DNA of 64,000 nucleotides from Pirellula sp. GTDB taxonomy: Bacteria > Planctomycetota > Planctomycetia > Pirellulales > Pirellulaceae. The stretch spans positions 19,139-83,138 of the forward strand of contig JANPNA010000231.1 in the NCBI GenBank assembly GCA_031427235.1, in the 5' to 3' direction. A program made the translations under genes and the position numbers. Under the pieces are notes generated by a model that was not told the origin of the DNA, did not search any database, and worked only from the letters and a program-made list of their open reading frames with translations. Numbering within the stretch: the first letter of the stretch is position 1; every line of letters begins with the position of its first letter. This document shows positions 56,736 to 64,000 of the stretch, one piece after another.

Positions 56736-57716
56736 TCAGGCATAGCCTTTTGGGTGCGATTGATGCCAGCGCCATGCCGTCTCAACGATGCTTTCGATTT
56801 CAATGTATTTGGGTTTCCAGGCGAGTGTTGATTGGGCTAGGCGGCTGTCCGCGATCAAACAAGCTGGGTCTCCAGGCCGTCGGTCTGAGTAAACGACCGG
56901 GATCGCATGCCCAGTGACTTTTCGGCAAGCGTCGATGACTTCTAGTACGCTATGGCCCACGCCCGAGCCCAAGTTCATTTGCATGACGGCGCTTGGTTTG
57001 AGTTTGAGCAACGCAGAAATGTGGGCCGTGGCTAAGTCCTCGACATGAATGTAATCGCGGATACACGTTCCGTCTGGGGTTGGATAATCCTTGCCGAAGA
57101 CTGAGATGCTCTCCCGTTGACCCAAAGCAACCTGCAACACGATCGGAATGAGGTGGCTCTCGGGATCGTGATCTTCGCCGATCGTGCCGTCCGCAGAAGC
57201 GCCTGAAGCGTTGAAGTAACGAAGGGCTGCAACTCCGAAGCCGTAGGCATGTGCATAGTCGGCCAAAGCGCGTTCCACAACGAGTTTGGTAAAGCCGTAA
57301 GGGTTGATTGGATTTTGTGGCGTGTCCTCCGAAATCGGCATCTTGTCGGGCTGACCGTAGGTGGCGGTCGTGCTCGAGAAAACGAATCGCCAAACCCCAG
57401 CCGACCGCATGGCTTCGAGCAATTCAAAGGTTGCCGTCACGTTGTTTTGATAGTACATGGCCGGATGCTGCACAGATTCGCCGACCAGTGCATAGGCCGC
57501 AAAGTGCATGACCGCTTCGATCTCTTTCTCCTGCATGACCCGCATGAGCAACGCACGATCTGTCAGATTGCCCTCAATGAGAATCTCTTTCGGGACACTT
57601 TCCCGATGGCCTCGGGAAAGATTGTCGTAGACCCAAACCGTGTGCCCGAGCGACCGCAGCAGCTTGACTGAGTGTGAACCTACGTATCCTGCACCACCTA
57701 CCACCAATATCTTCAT
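56736..57716 (-). CDS. galE: UDP-glucose 4-epimerase
   Basis: GGAGYVGSH, HFAA, PYGFTK, LRYFNA, GTCIRDYIHV. Confidence 0.97.
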   Translation of the reverse strand: MKILVVGGAGYVGSHSVKLLRSLGHTVWVYDNLSRGHRESVPKEILIEGNLTDRALLMRVMQEKEIEAVMHFAAYALVGESVQHPAMYYQNNVTATFELLEAMRSAGVWRFVFSSTTATYGQPDKMPISEDTPQNPINPYGFTKLVVERALADYAHAYGFGVAALRYFNASGASADGTIGEDHDPESHLIPIVLQVALGQRESISVFGKDYPTPDGTCIRDYIHVEDLATAHISALLKLKPSAVMQMNLGSGVGHSVLEVIDACRKVTGHAIPVVYSDRRPGDPACLIADSRLAQSTLAWKPKYIEIESIVETAWRWHQSHPKGYA

Positions 57717-57822
57717 TCCACAGTTTCCCTAAAAAGTCACTACAATCGGGAGCCCGAACGGCTCGCTTGAAACGCACAATCGTATTTCGTTAGATCGACC
57801 ATCGCGAGCGGATATTTGAATC

Positions 57823-58776
57823 ATGGCTGTTAGCAAGCTAAAGAAACTCAAACAAGCTGTCACCGAAGCTCCAAAGCCATTTGAAACCATGGCGGGTTGG
57901 ATCGAACGTTACACGATTTACCTGCGGAGTGAATGCCATTTGGCAGAAAACACCGTACAAGCGTACCGTCGTGACCTAGAGCATCTGAAAGAATGGCTCG
58001 ATGGTCGCTCCCCCACCGTGCTGGGAATCTCGGATTTGACGGACTTTGCTGCATTTCTCAAGAACAAAAATCTGGCTGCAACGTCGATTTCCAGGCATAT
58101 TGTGGCCATTCGCATGTTCTACAAATTCCTGCAATTGGAAAGTGCCATCGCTGACAATCCGGCAGAATTGCTCACGACCCCCAAAGTCTGGCAGCGGGTT
58201 CCCAAGGTTTTGAGCATTGCCCAAGTCGACCGCTTTTTGTCCGCACCTCAAAAATTCGACCAACATTGGATTCGCGACCGAGCCATTCTTGAGCTGATGT
58301 ACGCGACTGGCTGCCGAGTCTCCGAGATAAGCAACTTGCTCGTCGCCAACGTCAACTTGAAGGACGGTTATTGTTTGGCGGAAGGCAAAGGGAGCAAGCA
58401 ACGCATGGTCCCATTGGGCGAACGGGCCATTGAGGCGATCGAGCTGTATCTCGCGGAGTATCGGCCTATCCTAGCAGCCAATCGGGAATTGGCGGTGTCT
58501 CCTTGGTTGATCCTTTCACGAACTGGCCAACGATTGCGGCGCGAGGCGATTTGGGAGATGATCAAGCGATTCTCGCTCCGAGCCGGGATCGATTCCGAGG
58601 TCAGCCCTCACACGTTGCGGCACTCCTTCGCGACGCACTTATTGGCTGGCGGTGCGGATTTGCGACTGATCCAGGAAATGCTGGGCCACGCAAGCATTCA
58701 AACCACTCAAATCTACACGCACGTCGAGAATAGCAAGTTAAAGAAGATCCACCAAAAGTTTCACCCGCGAGGATAG
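57823..58776 (+). CDS. xerD: Site-specific tyrosine recombinase XerD
   Basis: RDRAILELMYATGCRVSE, GKGSKQR, HTLRHSFATHLL, LGH, TQIYTHV. Confidence 0.93.
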   Translation: MAVSKLKKLKQAVTEAPKPFETMAGWIERYTIYLRSECHLAENTVQAYRRDLEHLKEWLDGRSPTVLGISDLTDFAAFLKNKNLAATSISRHIVAIRMFYKFLQLESAIADNPAELLTTPKVWQRVPKVLSIAQVDRFLSAPQKFDQHWIRDRAILELMYATGCRVSEISNLLVANVNLKDGYCLAEGKGSKQRMVPLGERAIEAIELYLAEYRPILAANRELAVSPWLILSRTGQRLRREAIWEMIKRFSLRAGIDSEVSPHTLRHSFATHLLAGGADLRLIQEMLGHASIQTTQIYTHVENSKLKKIHQKFHPRG

Positions 58777-58800
58777 GCCTATCCGGCGACGCCGGCAAAT

Positions 58801-58862
58801 GTGGCGTAAGCTTCCAGCTTGCGGATTTCGCGTGGCGTAAGCTTCCAGCTTGCGGATTTCGC
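58801..58862. repeat. Family C tandem x2
   Basis: (gtggcgtaagcttccagcttgcggatttcgc)x2. Confidence 0.9.
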
Positions 58863-58886
58863 ACGACATTCTGACTACTTGCCAGT

Positions 58887-59054
58887 AAGTCACCCTCCCT
58901 CGGGAGATCGTCCGGTCCAGGAACCGGCAAATTCTTTGGTCGGTAGGGCGACGCTCCTGCGGAGCCATGACACAATAGCTCGGCAGGAGCCTCGCCCTCC
59001 CGAACTTGCAAGCAATTACAAGACCTTAAACCGGACGAACTCTCGGGGAGGGTC
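58887..59054. repeat. Composite element: TCACCCTCCC...GGGAGGGTCA outer ends with a nested family E pair (GGTAGGGCGACGCTCCTGC...GCAGGAGCCTCGCCCTCCC)
   Basis: Nested inverted repeats; family E recurs at 61495-61555. Confidence 0.7.
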
Positions 59055-59167
59055 AGCCGTAGGCTGGCAAGGGTGACTAAAAGTGACGACTACGCCACTT
59101 CGTTGCGAAGTTCCCTTCTATGATAAACTAAAAGTAGCCAATTTGTCCCTCTCTCCCAAGGTGCCTT

Positions 59168-59884
59168 ATGAATTGTATCCGCCATTGTCTCTTAGCCCTA
59201 AATTTGCTCCTCATTTCCTCTTTCGCGAATGCACAGGACAAACCCATGCCGGGTTGGTCTGAATCTCATATCAGTAAACTCCCTTCATCCGAAAAAGCGA
59301 TCCATTTATTCGATGGAAAGTCGCTCCACGGTTGGAAGGGACAGACCGAAAAATACTTCTCCGTGAAAGACGGAATGATCATTGCCCGCAACGATGACGG
59401 CAATGCGCCAAAGGCGAGTACCTACCTAGTCACCGAAAAGTCTTATCGCAACTTTCGCTTGATCTTTGAAGCCAAATTGGTCACGAGCGAAATGCACTCG
59501 GGGATCGCATTGTGGGGCAAAAACGTGGAGAAGGAGTCCGATCCCTATAGCTACATGGGGCATCTGGTGATGTTTCCTTCTGCATATGGGTACTACGATC
59601 TGTTTCGCAGAAACAGCATTTACAAGGATGATAGCGGACTGGCTAAGAAGGCTGGCGTGCAGCACGATTGGAACCGCATGGAGATCCTTGCAATCGGAAA
59701 CCGAATCCAACACGCCATCAATGGTAAAGCGGTTGCTGATTGGTCCGATCCCAAACCGGAGCTTTGCGAAGCCGGTCCCATCGGGCTACAACTCCACTCC
59801 AACAAGGTGGCCCAAGAACTCCATTTTCGCGGCCTCGTACTGACAGAAAACCCCGAAGACAAACTGATAACGCTAAACAAATGA
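59168..59884 (+). CDS. DUF1080 (3-keto-disaccharide hydrolase-like) protein
   Basis: LFDGKSLHGW, YLVTEKSYRNF, WNRMEI, GPIGLQLH. Confidence 0.92.
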   Translation: MNCIRHCLLALNLLLISSFANAQDKPMPGWSESHISKLPSSEKAIHLFDGKSLHGWKGQTEKYFSVKDGMIIARNDDGNAPKASTYLVTEKSYRNFRLIFEAKLVTSEMHSGIALWGKNVEKESDPYSYMGHLVMFPSAYGYYDLFRRNSIYKDDSGLAKKAGVQHDWNRMEILAIGNRIQHAINGKAVADWSDPKPELCEAGPIGLQLHSNKVAQELHFRGLVLTENPEDKLITLNK

Positions 59885-59987
59885 TCGCGAGACGAGGCGG
59901 ACCCGCATTTTACCGGAATTGACGGGTGTGGTATACTAGTGCTCTCTCCGCCTCGCCAACTCCCTCCAGACCTACCGACTATACCGA

Positions 59988-61400
59988 ATGTCCAAACCAT
60001 CGAAAATCTCTCGCCGCACCGTTTTGAGAGGTGCTGGGGCCGCACTTGCTTTGCCATGGCTTGACGCGATGTCGGTTTCGTCGGCTCAAGCTCAAGGAAC
60101 GATAACGGGCCAAGCTCCGTTGCGAATGGCATTTTTTTATGTCCCCAACGGCGTCAACATGACTCATTGGCGGCCCGCCGAATCCGGTCCGCTCGGCGAC
60201 TTGCCGCGAATCTTGCAGCCGCTTGAGGCAGTAAAAAAGCACGTGCTCGTTCTTAGCAATTTGGCGGCCGATCACTGCGATGGCAAGTCGGCGGCCCACG
60301 AACCAGCCGGCGGTGGCTTTCTCGTTGGCACGAAATGCAAACACTCTGAGGAACCAGAAGTTGGCAACGCTTCGGTCGATCAAGTTGTTGCAAGCCACAT
60401 TGGAACCGAAACACCGGTTGACTCGCTCGCGCTGGGCATCGATCCAGGACATCGAGGGGACCACGGCTATAGTGGCACTTACATGTCGCATATTTCATGG
60501 CGAAACAAAACCACACCAGCCGCTCTTGAGCTAAACCCAAAGCTGCTTTACGAACGCCTGTTTCGTGGCAAACCTCCACAACGTCCCGATTGGAGTGCTC
60601 CACCTGCTGAGCGGGCAACACGCTCGTCGGATTCCGTCGAGGAGAGTGTGCTGGACCTCGTACGTGACGAAGCAAAAGCGTTGCAACGCAAACTCGGATA
60701 CACCGATCGCAACAAGCTCGAGCAGTACCTGGAGGGACTTCGAAGCATTGAAAAACGGGTGGCGACCGCTAGTCGCGATTCGCATTCGCACCATCAAGAA
60801 GCCTTTGCAAAGGATCCCATGGCCGATGCGGACGAGCCCGGTATCGACAAGCTAATTATTCCGGACGGCAAGGGGATCCCTTCGTTGTACGCCGATCACG
60901 TCAACCTGATGTTGGACATCTTGACGATCGCATTTCAAACCGATGCCACCCGCGTTGCGAGCTTCATGTTCTCCTATGAAAAGTCGGGTCGGTCTTATCC
61001 ACAGATCGAGGCTCCGGGATCGCACCATTCGACATCGCACCACCAGCAGCAGGAAAAAAATCTGGAGGAAATTGCGAAAATCAATACGCACCACATGGAG
61101 TTGTTTGCGAGGATGCTTGGTCGCATGTCACGAATCGATGAGGGGAACGGCAGGAGTTTGTTGGACAACGTATTGATTTGCTACGGAAGTGGCATCAGCG
61201 ACGGAAACAAACACAATCACGACGACTTGCCGATCTTACTCGCTGGCGGAGGTGGCGGACTGCTGCAAGGCGGGCGTCACATCAAGTACGAAAAGAAGAC
61301 ACCACTCTGCAATTTGTATTTGGACATGATGCATCGCATGGGAGTGCCCACTGAGTCGTTTGGCGACAGTCAAGAGCGATTGTGTGATTTAGGCGTCTAA
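59988..61400 (+). CDS. DUF1552 domain protein
   Basis: ISRRTVLRGAG..LALPWLDAM, YVPNG, AFQTDATRV, HNHDDLP, FGDS. Confidence 0.95.
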   Translation: MSKPSKISRRTVLRGAGAALALPWLDAMSVSSAQAQGTITGQAPLRMAFFYVPNGVNMTHWRPAESGPLGDLPRILQPLEAVKKHVLVLSNLAADHCDGKSAAHEPAGGGFLVGTKCKHSEEPEVGNASVDQVVASHIGTETPVDSLALGIDPGHRGDHGYSGTYMSHISWRNKTTPAALELNPKLLYERLFRGKPPQRPDWSAPPAERATRSSDSVEESVLDLVRDEAKALQRKLGYTDRNKLEQYLEGLRSIEKRVATASRDSHSHHQEAFAKDPMADADEPGIDKLIIPDGKGIPSLYADHVNLMLDILTIAFQTDATRVASFMFSYEKSGRSYPQIEAPGSHHSTSHHQQQEKNLEEIAKINTHHMELFARMLGRMSRIDEGNGRSLLDNVLICYGSGISDGNKHNHDDLPILLAGGGGGLLQGGRHIKYEKKTPLCNLYLDMMHRMGVPTESFGDSQERLCDLGV

Positions 61401-61407
61401 AATTCCA

Positions 61408-63449
61408 ATGATCTATAAGCTTTTTGGGCGATTAGCGGGAATTGAGGCATTAGGCGAGTGGCATCTTGGTACTCCTGCGAATTGGGAAAACAACGGGAGA
61501 GGGAGGCTCCTGCCGAGCTGGCGCCGCGTTGGTTCGGCAGGAGCCTCACCCTCCCGAACGGTCGATTTCAGTCTATGGTTCGCCTTAACGATTTGGCTAA
61601 CCACGCCAGTTTTTTTGTGTTCGAGCGCCGACGCGCAGGACAAAGTCGATCCCCTTTCGTGGGACCGCAATATCTCGGGTCTGTTCAAAAAGTACTGTTA
61701 TCGCTGCCATCGCGAGGAGGAGCAGAGCGGAAACGTGGACCTAGCACGTGACGTCGATCTTCGCATGCTGCTGGATCATCGTGAGAATTGGGAAAAGGCA
61801 ACGGTCGTCTTGAAAGGCTCGGAAATGCCCCCTTCCGACGAACGCCAACCTTCGGACGAGGAGCGAGCACTGCTTGTGCAATTCCTCGAAAAGACGCTCG
61901 ACAACTTGGACTGCACATCGGCGCTCGATCCGGGTAAACCGATTCTTCGCAGACTCAATCGCGTCGAGTACGACAACTGCATCGAAGACCTAACGAGCAT
62001 GCGGCTGAAGCTTGCGGATGGGTTCGTACCGGATGGCACGGGCTATGGCTTCGATAATCTTGCCGAGGCGCTTAGCTTTTCGCCGGTCCAAATCGAACAG
62101 TATCACGATGCGGCCAAGGCCATTGTCGACGCCATTCGAGACACCAAAGTCTCGCGACCGGAGCTCTACCAGCGAATGTTTGGCAAACAGGTGTTAGGCG
62201 ACGAGGAAGTGGCTGAAGCTCGCAAGTCAATTTCGAGCTTTGCTTCGAAAGCCTTTCGAAGACCTGTTGACAAAGGCTATGTCGACAAGCTCATGGCTAT
62301 TTATGCCAAGGCTCGCTCGAATCAAGAGCCACACGAATCCGCACAAGAGTATCTCATTCGAGCGGTTTTGATCTCGCCTCAGTTCTTGACCCGTATCGAA
62401 AAAAATCGGCCGGGCATCACGGACTCGTATCCAGTCGATGACTACGAATTGGCCTCTCGATTGAGTTTCTTTTTGTGGTCGAGGTCACCTGACGAAGTCT
62501 TACTTCAAATGGCCGAGAGTGGTTCGCTTAGTCAGCCAAAAATCTTGGCCGAACAGATCGCGAGGTTGCTTGCCGATCCTCGATGCGTTGCCTTGGTCGA
62601 CAATTTTTTTGGCCAGTGGTTGTCGCTCAAGGAAGTCGAAACGCATCAGCCGGATGCTGCGACCTTTCCTGAGTTCGATGAGTCGTTGAGGCACTCCATG
62701 AAGGAAGAGGTCCGACGATTTGTGTTGGAGTTGGTTCAACAGGACAAATCGGTTACGGCGTTGATTGATGCGGATTACACTTATTTAGACGAACGCTTAG
62801 CTAGGCACTACGGCATTGAGGGGGTGATTGGCGAAGGATTCACGCGTGTGGCGTTAACAGATCGACGGCGCGGAGGCATCTTGACTTCAGCGGCGTTTCT
62901 CATGTCGCAAGCGGACCCGGCTCGGACGAACGTGCCGCGGCGAGGTAATTTTGTTGCGGGTCGCATTTTGGGAGCACCTCCTCCGCCGCCACCACCCAAT
63001 ATCCCGCCGCTAGAGAGCTCGGTCAAAGAAGGTGAGCGGAAGTCGTTGCGACAAATCTTGGAGCTGCATCGTAGCCAGAGAGCCTGCGCGAATTGTCATG
63101 CCAAAATGGATCCGTTAGGATTTGGTTTAGAGAATTACGATGCGATCGGACGTTGGCGGACCGAAGACGGAGTATTTCCGATCGATGCGTCGGGGCAATT
63201 GATCTCAGGCCGATCGTTTTCTGGACCGATTGAGCTCAAAGACGTATTGCTTGAGCAGAAAGCTGCGTTTGCTAAGACCTTTGTTCGCAACCTTTTGATC
63301 TACGCCTACGGACGGGGGCTGCAGGGAAGCGATGAGTGCGTGGTCCGCGACGTGCTAGAATCGTCCAAGCCTGGTAACTACCAGCTTGGAGCAATCGTAG
63401 CTGCGATCGTTCGCAGCTACCCATTTCTTCATCGCCGCAACCCGACGGA

Positions 63450-63453
<4 letters not shown>
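61408..63453 (+). CDS. DUF1592/DUF1588/DUF1595 planctomycete cytochrome-associated protein (start uncertain)
   Basis: YCYRCH, LRRLNRVEYDN, YELASRLSFFLW, CANCHAKMDPLGFGLENYD. Confidence 0.93.
61495..61555. repeat. Family E REP pair inside the 5' part of the DUF1592 ORF
   Basis: gggagagggaggctcctgccgagc...ttcggcaggagcctcaccctccc. Confidence 0.85.

Positions 63454-64000
<547 letters not shown>

Noticed and set aside
57823-58776. Prophage or island integrase
   Set aside because: The sequence is canonical XerD among housekeeping genes, with no phage genes or att repeats seen.

Overview
Bacterial chromosome segment that looks like a planctomycete (Pirellulaceae-like), judged from TIGR03000, PVC-type heme-binding, DUF1552/DUF1592, DUF1080 and DWPxWRG beta-propeller proteins. 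The backbone is housekeeping or lineage-typical genes (gmd, scpB, pgk, aroA, aroB-like, dus, galE, xerD, fliA). Three accessory patches interrupt it. (1) Bases 1-5850 hold an ECF sigma factor, a secreted 10-Cys precursor with a double-glycine-type leader motif, a secreted protein, and an ORF missing from the supplied track that encodes an exported C39-like peptidase fused to DUF1573. Decayed XRE and transposase genes and a GxxExxY gene bracketed by palindromic repeats follow. (2) Bases 36.2-38.0 kb hold a TIGR04255-type three-gene module with a possible ART-like toxin. (3) Bases 40.3-44.9 kb hold a RAYT transposase carrying its own REPs, followed by a collage of deletion-fused gene fragments. 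An A9 run at 18336-18344 could fuse a Cys-rich PhnD-like protein to a beta-propeller by a -1 shift. At least six distinct REP/MITE-like families occupy intergenic spaces. No rRNA, tRNA or CRISPR array was seen. All family assignments come from reading motifs by eye, not from database searches.
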